A DNA stretch of 38,798 nucleotides from a virus (Duplodnaviria > Caudoviricetes), in the IMG/VR virus record IMGVR_UViG_3300037589_000089, positions 1 through 38,798 of that record; one strand, given 5' to 3'. The translations under genes were made by a program, and so were the position numbers. The notes beneath the pieces were generated by a model that was given only the letters and a program-made list of their open reading frames with translations, had not been told where the DNA came from and did no database searches. Below, in pieces: positions 1-7,154 of this stretch; position 1 is the first letter of the stretch; each line of letters starts with the position of its first letter.

Positions 1-473
1 GCGCCCATCACCGAGTGCTGTGCGACCGAGTAGGCTATGCCGGGGTTGGAGCCGTTGAAGCGGGCGATCTTCGAAAGTGCATTGGCCATCGCGAAGAAAT
101 CAATCTCGGCCGGATCGGGAGCGGCCAGATCCCGCACTGTGCCATCGGGACGGAACGACCAGACGGGAGCAGGGGCAAGTCTCGGTTTGGCCTCACGCGC
201 CGCATCGGCGGCTGTGCCGCCTGGCGCTCCGGCGGGGCCTCGCATGGGCTCGGACGGCCGGTCGGCCTTGAGGCTGATGCCGTGCTGTTCCAGAGCCTGC
301 AGGCCCTTCCCGGTGACGGTGCCAGTCGCATCCACGCAGCCTCTGGCCTTCCAGCACTCGAGCGCGGAAACCATGGCCGCGCCCCATGCAAGGCCGGGCA
401 CGTTTTCACCTGCCGCGTCACGAAGCACCTTCCACTCGAACTCGACGGCGTTCGGAAAGCTCACATCGTTCAT
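1..473 (-). CDS. HD-domain phosphohydrolase (YfdR/YfbR-like), partial, runs off left edge; N-terminal extension
   Basis: Not in the ORF track. Manual translation from ATG 473 (ATGA overlap with upstream stop, SD GGAGA): MNDVSFPNAVEFEWKVLRD...DLAAPDPAEIDFFAMANALSKIARFNGSNPGIAYSVAQHSVMG. 'ALS.IARFNG...YSVAQHSV' is the typical start of phage HD-domain nucleotidases. Confidence 0.8.
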   Translation of the reverse strand, partial: MNDVSFPNAVEFEWKVLRDAAGENVPGLAWGAAMVSALECWKARGCVDATGTVTGKGLQALEQHGISLKADRPSEPMRGPAGAPGGTAADAAREAKPRLAPAPVWSFRPDGTVRDLAAPDPAEIDFFAMANALSKIARFNGSNPGIAYSVAQHSVMG

Positions 474-805
474 GCCGCGTCTCCCTGCCGCTGCTCGGGG
501 TTCTGGCAGCGCAGGTAGCCGGTCACCACCTCGTCGGAATATCCGGCGCGGGTGAGGTCGGCCATGTCGGCATAGCCGCGGGCGGCCCGCGCCTCGTCGA
601 TCAGCGTGCGCATGTCGGCAAGCATCGCCGCCCAGAGCCGGGGCGCGATCTGCGCGAAGCGATCGAGCATGCGGGCCAGCTGACAGGCGTCCTCGCGCGC
701 CAGCCGCTTCGCGTCATCCGAACCGCCCGCAAGCGTTTCGGCAAAGGACCGGGCGTTGACCTCGTCGCTGGCGACGGGAATGAAGGTGCGGGTGAGATCG
801 GTCAT
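470..805 (-). CDS. hypothetical early protein (start ATG 805 or GTG 811)
   Basis: MTDLTRTFIPVASDEV...QGDAA; coupled to both neighbours by overlapping start/stop codons. The track's longer start at 1003 overlaps two other genes. Confidence 0.7.
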   Translation of the reverse strand: MTDLTRTFIPVASDEVNARSFAETLAGGSDDAKRLAREDACQLARMLDRFAQIAPRLWAAMLADMRTLIDEARAARGYADMADLTRAGYSDEVVTGYLRCQNPEQRQGDAA

Positions 806-807
806 GG

Positions 808-966
808 TCACGCTCCCGCCGCGATGGCGATCAGGCCGCAGGCAATCGCGAAGGCGATGATGACGACGATCGACGCCAGCGCGGGGGCATCCGGCCCGCG
901 GGCGGCGCGGGCGCGTTCCTCGGTCAGGCGGGTGCCGTCGATGAGGGTGAGGGAGGCGGGCGTCAT
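808..966 (-). CDS. small protein with C-terminal transmembrane segment
   Basis: GGAGG SD, ATGA overlap; MTPASLTLIDG...LASIVVIIAFAIACGLIAIAAGA. Confidence 0.7.
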   Translation of the reverse strand: MTPASLTLIDGTRLTEERARAARGPDAPALASIVVIIAFAIACGLIAIAAGA

Positions 967-1190
967 GACAGCCTCCGAACGCTCTGGCGCCGGGCCCGGG
1001 CAACGGCGTCGGGCGCCAGGCTCTTGATGCTGGCCGGAGACCATCCGCGTTCGGTCAGCGTTTCGGTGCTGACCGTCTGGCCGGCAAAGGCCATCTCGCG
1101 CATCTGGTCGGCCATGCGATCGATCAGAGCCGTGCGGCAGGATGGATGAGGAGTGGCAGTGTCTGCCGGGGAAGCCTGGTAGCGGATCAT
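963..1190 (-). CDS. hypothetical early protein
   Basis: MIRYQASP...IDRMADQMREMAFAGQTVSTETLTERGWS...ARARRQSVRRLS; SD-like AAGGTGA; coupled to the next gene. Confidence 0.7.
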   Translation of the reverse strand: MIRYQASPADTATPHPSCRTALIDRMADQMREMAFAGQTVSTETLTERGWSPASIKSLAPDAVARARRQSVRRLS

Positions 1191-1204
1191 GCGGTCACCT
1201 TTTG

Positions 1205-1236
1205 CTTGACGCACTTTCCCGGCGTGCGAGTATGTA
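1205..1236 (+). promoter_or_regulatory. putative sigma70 promoter of the accessory gene
   Basis: CTTGAC at 1205-1210, then GAGTATGT 17 bp later; weak -10. Confidence 0.45.
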
Positions 1237-1261
1237 AACCTGCAACCGGAGAGTGGATGGA

Positions 1262-1603
1262 ATGAAGCGGATCTTGATGGTGATGGCGGCGGCGAGCTTG
1301 GTGTCCATATCGCGGGCCACTGCGCAGGAAAGCACCTACGACACCGTCACCCGAAAATACGGGGAGGCCTACGCAATTGCTGACATCTGCCCCTCGTTGG
1401 GAATCAACGCAAGCCGCATGGCGGTTTACCTTGTGGGCCTCGGTCTCGAACCCGACGAGGTCTTCAAGATCCGTGTGCTGGAGCGGGTCGCTGCCGCCAA
1501 GGCAGAGCTTGCAGGCGTCAACCGGTACAAGGTCTGCACACTGGGTCACATGCTCTACGGCGAAAGCGGAACCAACGCTCCGGGCCTGCTGAAGGTGGAA
1601 TGA
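1262..1603 (+). CDS. secreted/periplasmic accessory (moron) protein
   Basis: MKRILMVMAAASLVSISRATA|QEST: basic N-region, hydrophobic core, A-T-A cleavage motif; two Cys; opposite orientation to the surrounding operon. Confidence 0.8.
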   Translation: MKRILMVMAAASLVSISRATAQESTYDTVTRKYGEAYAIADICPSLGINASRMAVYLVGLGLEPDEVFKIRVLERVAAAKAELAGVNRYKVCTLGHMLYGESGTNAPGLLKVE

Positions 1604-1676
1604 CCGCATGTCCTGTCTCCGAAGTTAGCTGGATGCATTGATGGCCTCCAAGCGGGCGCGCTGGGCTATGGCACAA

Positions 1677-1731
1677 ATATGGCGATAATCGCTATACGGT
1701 GTCAAGTCGAAATATAGCGAAATTCGCTATT
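1677..1731 (-). promoter_or_regulatory. PL-like leftward promoter with two repressor operators
   Basis: Minus strand TTGACA (1705-1700)-N17-CCATAT; palindromes TATGGCGA-TAA-TCGCTATA (1678-1696) and TATAGCGA-AAT-TCGCTATT (1713-1731). Confidence 0.85.
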
Positions 1732-1790
1732 ATGGCCGCGTGATGCCGCTGGTAGCATTCGAGAATGCAGCAATTCCGGATTGAATTCAT

Positions 1791-2441
1791 ATGCTTAGAT
1801 TCGATGTAAAGGGCTCAGCCAGAAAACCGTACCGTGTCACGGCAGAGGGATCGGGTCTCGACTTGCGGATGTACTGCACGTGCCCGGCCGGTGGGTTGGG
1901 CGGTCAGTTTTGCAAGCATGCCGCCGCGTTGCTCGTCGGAGACATCTCCAACCTGGAGTCGGCGGCGCAGGATGTAGAAGTACTTCGGGCTCTTGCGGTC
2001 GGCAGCCCACTGCTCGCGCGGGCATTGCAGCATGTGCCGAGCGCGGGCAAGCGCCCAGCCATTCACGGATTTCCGGATCTTCAGTCAGTGGTAGTTGGGT
2101 TTGGGGAAGAGCTTCGCAAACAGGGCTGGTACGTCCAGTGGGGCGCAACTGGCTTCGATGGCGATGAAAACCTGGGTCTGCACAAGCAGACGAAGGGCGG
2201 CAAACCGCGAAAGTGGCCAGCGGTGTCGCTTGAATACCAAGAATATGTCTACGAGTTCCAGGATGGGGAGAATGGTTTCGCGGAGGAGATTCGCGGAGAG
2301 AGAAGATCCCGGCCCTGGATCGTGCGCGGAAAGAAGACGGGAACGTTCGGTAGCCTTGACCGGGCGCTGCCGGTTTTCCTTGATGAGGCAGAGCGATTGG
2401 CGCCTATTCCGGCCGCACCGAATAGACCACCCGTCCAATGA
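1791..2441 (+). CDS. SWIM zinc-finger domain protein (accessory, immunity region)
   Basis: 'PYRVT...YCTCPAG....FCKHAAALL' fits SWIM CxC-xn-CxH; convergent with, and overlapping the 3' end of, the repressor gene. Confidence 0.8.
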   Translation: MLRFDVKGSARKPYRVTAEGSGLDLRMYCTCPAGGLGGQFCKHAAALLVGDISNLESAAQDVEVLRALAVGSPLLARALQHVPSAGKRPAIHGFPDLQSVVVGFGEELRKQGWYVQWGATGFDGDENLGLHKQTKGGKPRKWPAVSLEYQEYVYEFQDGENGFAEEIRGERRSRPWIVRGKKTGTFGSLDRALPVFLDEAERLAPIPAAPNRPPVQ

Positions 2442-3030
2442 CGCGAACGATATCGCCGTCGTCGCCTTCCAGCGTGAGCGGCTCCTGGTGCCTCGGATCT
2501 GTTGAATCCGGCATCAGCCACAAGTTTCCTGTGTCGTCCCGGGCAAGTGTCTTGACCGTTGCTTCTCTTCGGCCATCGGGTTTTTCCCGCTCGACCACGT
2601 AGCGTTTGCCGACTTCAAGCGACTCCGGCCGTTCAATTAGCGAAGTAAAGACTATAACCGTGCCTTCAGGGTAGACCCGGTTCATTGAGGGGCCGCGCGT
2701 CTCCGCGCCATAGAGCGACATTGCGGCCAGGCCGGGCGAAAACGGCACCGACACGTCGTACCAGTCTTGCTCGTCCCATTCGAATGCTTCGCGCCACGAA
2801 CCGGCCTCGACGCATCCGCGCACTCTTACAGTCCGCACGCTGCTTGAGTCGCTGATAAGGTCAACCGGTTCGACGTGAAATATGTCTGCCAGCTCGCGCA
2901 TGCGGTTGTAGGTGAGTTCGACTTTTCCGTTTTCCAACCGGTTGTAATTGGTCAAATCAATGCCAAGCCGATCTGCGACATCGGCTTGCGTCATTCGGCG
3001 CTCTTTGCGAATTGTCTTTAATCTCAACAT
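2404..3030 (-). CDS. cI: CI-like repressor (XRE HTH + S24 peptidase)
   Basis: N-terminal 'LKTIRKERRMTQADVADRLGIDLTNYNRLENG' HTH; 'VEAG' cleavage site, 'GPSM' Ser and 'TVK' Lys of S24; divergent from cro with operators between. Confidence 0.95.
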   Translation of the reverse strand: MLRLKTIRKERRMTQADVADRLGIDLTNYNRLENGKVELTYNRMRELADIFHVEPVDLISDSSSVRTVRVRGCVEAGSWREAFEWDEQDWYDVSVPFSPGLAAMSLYGAETRGPSMNRVYPEGTVIVFTSLIERPESLEVGKRYVVEREKPDGRREATVKTLARDDTGNLWLMPDSTDPRHQEPLTLEGDDGDIVRVIGRVVYSVRPE

Positions 3031-3125
3031 GTTACAAATATAGCGATATTCGCCAACTCAAAATATGGCGTTTTGCGCCAAATACCGGTTGACAGCGGTA
3101 TGGCGAATATCGCTATATTCGTGCT
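3031..3125. promoter_or_regulatory. OR-like region: three operators, PR- and PRM-like promoters
   Basis: Operators at 3039-3057 (TATAGCGA-TAT-TCGCCAAC), 3064-3082 (TATGGCGT-TTT-GCGCCAAA), 3099-3117 (TATGGCGA-ATA-TCGCTATA); TTGACA 3089-3094 and CTATAT 3113-3118 rightward; CTATAT 3043-3038 leftward. Confidence 0.88.
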
Positions 3126-3374
3126 ATGAAGCTCACACAATGGCGATTGACCCAGATAAAGACGCTGACCGAGTGCGCCGCCTTGTTCGGGCTGGCGAGC
3201 GCCAGAACCTATCAGCGTTACGAAGCCGGAGAAACCCGTGCGGACGCCGATCTGGTGGAGGTCATTGTCCGCCGCACGGAAGGACAGGTGACCGCCACGG
3301 ATATGCATGACACGCGGCTCGACTGGCTCAAGGTCAACCGGCCCGAGAAGTTCATCCCGGAGGCTGCGGAATGA
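3126..3374 (+). CDS. cro: Cro-like HTH regulator
   Basis: 82 aa, 'TLTECAALFGLASARTYQRYEAGE...TEGQVTATD'; divergent from cI. Confidence 0.88.
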   Translation: MKLTQWRLTQIKTLTECAALFGLASARTYQRYEAGETRADADLVEVIVRRTEGQVTATDMHDTRLDWLKVNRPEKFIPEAAE

Positions 3375-3394
3375 GCGGCCCCGGTCAGTTTCAA

Positions 3395-3470
3395 CGCAGG
3401 GTGGGGAAGCGGTTATCCCGCCTGGTTCATACCCAGGATGTCGCCGGTTCGAATCCGGCCCCTGCAACCA
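3395..3470 (+). tRNA. tRNA-Met(CAT), initiator (fMet)-like
   Basis: 76-nt cloverleaf: acceptor CGCAGGG/CCCTGCA with C1xA72 mismatch, D stem GGGA/TCCC, anticodon stem CCTGG/CCAGG with loop TTCATAC, T arm GCCGG-TTCGAAT-CCGGC, encoded ACCA. Confidence 0.92.
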
Positions 3471-3595
3471 ATACCCCGAGCGCGCCCGCTGATTTGCGCG
3501 ACAAAGAACGGAAGGCCTGCAGCGGCGGGGCGGGTTTTCCATTTTCATCATCCGGTCCTCCTTGATCACCGGATGATCTGACCAGTTTTGAACGC

Positions 3596-3640
3596 TTCCC
3601 ACCACGGGAAAGAGAACCGGGTTTTCCCGGAACGGGAAAG
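3596..3640. promoter_or_regulatory. two TTCCC-N5-GGGAA(AG) palindromic boxes upstream of the CII-like gene
   Basis: TTCCCaccacGGGAAAG (3596-3612) and TTCCCggaacGGGAAAG (3624-3640), 28 bp apart. Confidence 0.5.
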
Positions 3641-3649
3641 GTGTGTCCA

Positions 3650-4135
3650 ATGCTCAAGAATGCATGGTTTTACCGCATCAAGGCGGCGCAGCGCGACCTG
3701 ATCGCCCTGTCGGGCGGCATCGAACGCGCTGCCGAGATCACCTCGATCTCCAAGAGCCATGTCGGCCGCTGGAACAATGCCCAGGACACCGACCTGATGC
3801 CGCTCAACGCGGTGCTGATGCTGGAAGAGCATTGCGGCGTCGCCGTGGTCACCAGCGTCATGGCCGAGCTCAACGGGCGGCGCCTTGCCGACGAGACCGA
3901 GGCCACTCGGCAGAACCCCGATGTTCTCTCCGCCTATGCTGAAGCAGTACGCCACGCCGGCGAGGTCATGAGCGCCGGCGCCATAGCTCTGGCCGACGGC
4001 AAGGTGACGCCCGCCGAGGCGCTGACCGTCGATCGTGCTGTCTCTGTGCTCGAGCGCGGGCTTTCGGATTTGCGCCAGACGCTTGCCCACGTGCGGGCCG
4101 GCGATCTCAAGGTCGTCGGCGGGGAGGGCAAGTGA
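3650..4135 (+). CDS. phage regulatory CII-like protein
   Basis: Position after cro; HTH-like 'GGIERAAEITSISKSHVGRW' and C-terminal 'ALADGKVTPAE' typical of CII-family proteins. Confidence 0.75.
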   Translation: MLKNAWFYRIKAAQRDLIALSGGIERAAEITSISKSHVGRWNNAQDTDLMPLNAVLMLEEHCGVAVVTSVMAELNGRRLADETEATRQNPDVLSAYAEAVRHAGEVMSAGAIALADGKVTPAEALTVDRAVSVLERGLSDLRQTLAHVRAGDLKVVGGEGK

Positions 4136-4449
4136 TGGCCTCCGTCTTCAAGGGCCAATCCGCGGGCAAGTCGGAGCAAATTGTCCTTCTCTCGACGCCT
4201 TCGACGACGGACGCAAGCGCGGTGCAAGCTCTGTTCGAGGCGCATCGCCGCAAGGTCGACAAGGCGTTTGGTGTGCCGCGTAGCATGCTCGGGCGCGATC
4301 ACATGCTGACGTCCGTCTTTCCAGCCGCCGCCGTCCCCTCGTTCCGGATCCTCGGCGCACGTCTGGCTCTGGCTGAGGTTGCCGCGATGGATGCCGTGGA
4401 GGGACGGGCAGGCTTTGCCCGGTCACCATTGTCGAGGTTCGACAAATGA
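4135..4449 (+). CDS. hypothetical protein
   Basis: GGAGG SD, overlapping start/stop with both neighbours. Confidence 0.6.
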   Translation: MASVFKGQSAGKSEQIVLLSTPSTTDASAVQALFEAHRRKVDKAFGVPRSMLGRDHMLTSVFPAAAVPSFRILGARLALAEVAAMDAVEGRAGFARSPLSRFDK

Positions 4450-5384
4450 TCGTGTCCGTCAATCAAAGCCAGCCCAGCGCCCTGCGTCCGGTCACGGTTC
4501 CCGCTGCCATGGAAAAGCCGGTGCTGCGCGGCGATCGCCCGCATCTGGGCTGGGTGGAAATCTCGAAGCTTCGGATCGACGACCGCTACCAGCGGCCGCT
4601 GCAGCGGCACAACTGGGATGCGATCGGCCGCATTGCCAAATCATTCGACTGGAGCCTGTTCACGGTTGTCGATGTCGCACCGATCGGCGACCAGCTGTTT
4701 TCGGTGATCGACGGGCAGCACCGGGTGCACGCGGCGCTGATGGTTGGTATCGACAAGGTTCCGGTGCGCATCGTTGCGCAGCCGCTCGAAGGTCAGGCCC
4801 GCGCCTTCATGGGCATCAATGGCAATGTGACGGCCATCTCGACCTTTCACGTGCTGCGCGCCAGCCTGACTGCAGGCGAGGCCTGGGCGGTGGAAGCCGA
4901 CCGGGCGATCACCCGCGCCGGATGCCGGCTGATGACCTCCAATCGCGCCACCCATGAGCGCAAGCCCGGCGAAGTCTATGCTGTGCAATGGGTGCGTGGT
5001 CTCGCCGAGCGCGACGGCGGTGCCGACGCCTGGGCGATCGCGCGGCTCGAAATTGCACTGTCGAGCCTCAAACAGAGTGTAGAGGGCGGGGCCGACGCCG
5101 GTCTCTGGACCCATGTGATGCTGCGCGCCTGGTATGGCGCGGTTGATGGCCTTGACGATTATCTCGATGCGCCCGGCGCCGCAGGGGCGCTCGCCCGGTT
5201 TCTTGACCGGGAAGGGCTGGTCCGGCTGCTGGCCCGGGCCGAGGACCGGTACCGGCAGGCCAAGCGCGACGGCAAGCCATCGGCTGCGGTCTACCGCCTG
5301 TTGATGGGAGACTTGCAGGACCGGCTCGACCATGCCTTTCCGGACCGGTCGGCTTTCACGCGGGCAGGGGAGGCGGGGCGATGA
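4446..5384 (+). CDS. ParB/Srx-like N-terminal domain protein
   Basis: 'LRIDDRYQRPL...FSVIDGQHRVHAALMVGIDKVPVRI' ParB-like GxHR motif. Confidence 0.85.
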   Translation: MIVSVNQSQPSALRPVTVPAAMEKPVLRGDRPHLGWVEISKLRIDDRYQRPLQRHNWDAIGRIAKSFDWSLFTVVDVAPIGDQLFSVIDGQHRVHAALMVGIDKVPVRIVAQPLEGQARAFMGINGNVTAISTFHVLRASLTAGEAWAVEADRAITRAGCRLMTSNRATHERKPGEVYAVQWVRGLAERDGGADAWAIARLEIALSSLKQSVEGGADAGLWTHVMLRAWYGAVDGLDDYLDAPGAAGALARFLDREGLVRLLARAEDRYRQAKRDGKPSAAVYRLLMGDLQDRLDHAFPDRSAFTRAGEAGR

Positions 5385-6553
5385 GTGGGGCGCAAGTCTT
5401 CCTTGACGGTCGCGTGACACTTCATGTCGGGGATTGTCTTCCGATGCTAGCTGGCATGGATGCCGACAGCGTCGACTGCGTTGTGACCTCGCCACCTTAC
5501 TGGGGATTGCGCGATTACGGGGTCGACGGACAGATCGGGCTGGAGCCGACGCTGGCTGAGCATCTTGCCGTCATGGTCGAGGTGTTCGAGCAGGTCCGGC
5601 GGGTGCTCAAGACGACTGGGACTTGCTGGGTCAATTATGGCGACTGCTACGCCACAAGTCCGAACGGGCGCAGCGCGGCCGACACGAAGGCATCCGGCAA
5701 CGATGACCGGACCTTCCGCGACAAGCCGTTTTCGACGATCCAGGGCACCTTGAAGGCCAAGGACTTGTGCATGGTTCCGAACCGCTTCGCGATCGCGATG
5801 CAGGACGCGGGTTGGTATGTTCGGTCCGAGATCGTCTGGGGAAAGTCAAACCCGATGCCGGAGAGCATCAAGGACCGCCCCGCCACATCCCACGAGAAAA
5901 TCTTCCTGTTTACCAAGTCGGCCCGGTATCACTACGACGCCGAGGCGGTTCGCCAAAACAGGGTGCAGGATGAGGACGCCAACGGCTTCCGAGGTGGCTC
6001 CTACGTCGGCGGCGTGCCAGGGCCGCGCCAAACGGTGGGCAATCGTCGAATCGATACCTCGACACTCTCCGGCGGCGCTTACGGGCGACATCATTTGGGT
6101 GAAGTCATCCCGAGCGGAGAGAGACACGAGAAGGCGAGGGCCTCGAAGATTGCCTCACCCCGGCATGCAGATCATATCTGTCACACGAAGCTCGACGGTA
6201 CTCCGCGCGGGCTTGGACGCAACCTGCGCAATTACGAGCCGGCCCCGATCAGTGTCTGGCCAATTGCGACGCGCGCGTTTCCTGAGGCTCATTTCGCCAC
6301 TTTCCCTCCAGAGCTTGCGGAACGCTGCATTCTCGCTGGCTGCCCGAAGGGCGGCGTTGTGCTCGATCCTTTCGGCGGGGCGGGAACCACGGCGCTCGTC
6401 GCGCTGCGCCATCAACGCCGGGCCGCGCTGATCGAGCTCAATGCCGACTATGCCGCGATGGCCCGCAGCCGAATTGAAAAGGAATGGCGAGCCGCGCCGG
6501 TGGCCGACGCTTCGCCCGATATCGGCCCGCTGTTTGACGGGGTGCCTGCATGA
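5381..6553 (+). CDS. DNA amino-methyltransferase, beta class (N4-cytosine/N6-adenine)
   Basis: Catalytic 'VTSPPY' near the N-terminus, 'HFATFP', SAM-binding 'VLDPFGGAGTT' near the C-terminus. Confidence 0.95.
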   Translation: MSGAQVFLDGRVTLHVGDCLPMLAGMDADSVDCVVTSPPYWGLRDYGVDGQIGLEPTLAEHLAVMVEVFEQVRRVLKTTGTCWVNYGDCYATSPNGRSAADTKASGNDDRTFRDKPFSTIQGTLKAKDLCMVPNRFAIAMQDAGWYVRSEIVWGKSNPMPESIKDRPATSHEKIFLFTKSARYHYDAEAVRQNRVQDEDANGFRGGSYVGGVPGPRQTVGNRRIDTSTLSGGAYGRHHLGEVIPSGERHEKARASKIASPRHADHICHTKLDGTPRGLGRNLRNYEPAPISVWPIATRAFPEAHFATFPPELAERCILAGCPKGGVVLDPFGGAGTTALVALRHQRRAALIELNADYAAMARSRIEKEWRAAPVADASPDIGPLFDGVPA

Positions 6554-6945
6554 CACCCTATCGCCCGGAGATCCGACTCACAATCGTCACCAACCACCCG
6601 GCGCGCGCTGTGCTGGCTGTACTCGGCGTCGAGATGGCACCCGCTTGGCTCGCGATCGTCACCACGCTCGAAGGCGTCCGGACATTGCCTGCTGGAGCAA
6701 AGGTGATCGGTCAATGGTTCGAGCCGCGCAAGCATCGCTCGGCGCTCGAATGGGCGTTTCAGACACGGCGGATTCAGGGAGACCTGATCGGCCTGTCGCT
6801 TGAGGATTGCGACAAGCTCGCCGCCTGGGCTGCGCGTCACCGCGACGCCGCAGGCGCGCAAGACAAGAATGTGCGCACGGGCATCGATTCAAGCCTGGCC
6901 GCCGCGACCAGCGGCATGGTGATCAGCGAACGGAGGATCTCATGA
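6550..6945 (+). CDS. hypothetical protein
   Basis: ATGA-coupled on both sides within the early operon. Confidence 0.7.
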   Translation: MTPYRPEIRLTIVTNHPARAVLAVLGVEMAPAWLAIVTTLEGVRTLPAGAKVIGQWFEPRKHRSALEWAFQTRRIQGDLIGLSLEDCDKLAAWAARHRDAAGAQDKNVRTGIDSSLAAATSGMVISERRIS

Positions 6946-7154
6946 GCATCCATCTTCTCGTCGGCAGTCCGGCCAAGGGCTTCCCTTCGGCAATCAAGCA
7001 GCTGGGTATCGTGGCGCTGTGGCAGGCGGGGTTCGATCACGACGAGATCGGTGCGCAAGTGTCGCTGCATCCCTCGCGGGTTGCGAAAGTGCTCGACCTG
7101 GTGCGAGAGAAAACCGGCGCGCTGCGCCCGGCACATCCGGAGGCAATGCGATGA
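6942..7154 (+). CDS. small HTH-like protein
   Basis: GGAGG SD, ATG 6942; 'LWQAGFDHDEIGAQVSLHPSRVAKVL' HTH pattern. Confidence 0.7.
   Translation: MSIHLLVGSPAKGFPSAIKQLGIVALWQAGFDHDEIGAQVSLHPSRVAKVLDLVREKTGALRPAHPEAMR

Larger units (their letters stand above)
1188..1610. repeat. 10-bp perfect inverted repeat (CATGCGGTCA 1188-1197 / TGACCGCATG 1601-1610) bounding an accessory gene
   Basis: Read directly; the arms sit at the cassette limits and the right arm contains the gene's stop codon. Confidence 0.75.

Noticed and set aside
3395-3470. tRNA as the prophage attachment site
   Set aside because: It lies inside the early operon between cro and the CII-like gene, with no adjacent integrase and no duplicated 3' fragment noticed in the window.
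4135-4449. Fragments resembling terminase ('IVLLSTP') and portal ('KAFGVP..MLG') motifs in a small early ORF
   Set aside because: The matches are too short to support homology.
5950-6250. Possible insert or nested gene in the variable region of the amino-methyltransferase
   Set aside because: This is the normal variable segment of beta-class phage methyltransferases; the antisense ORF 5846-6127 has no convincing SD or protein features.
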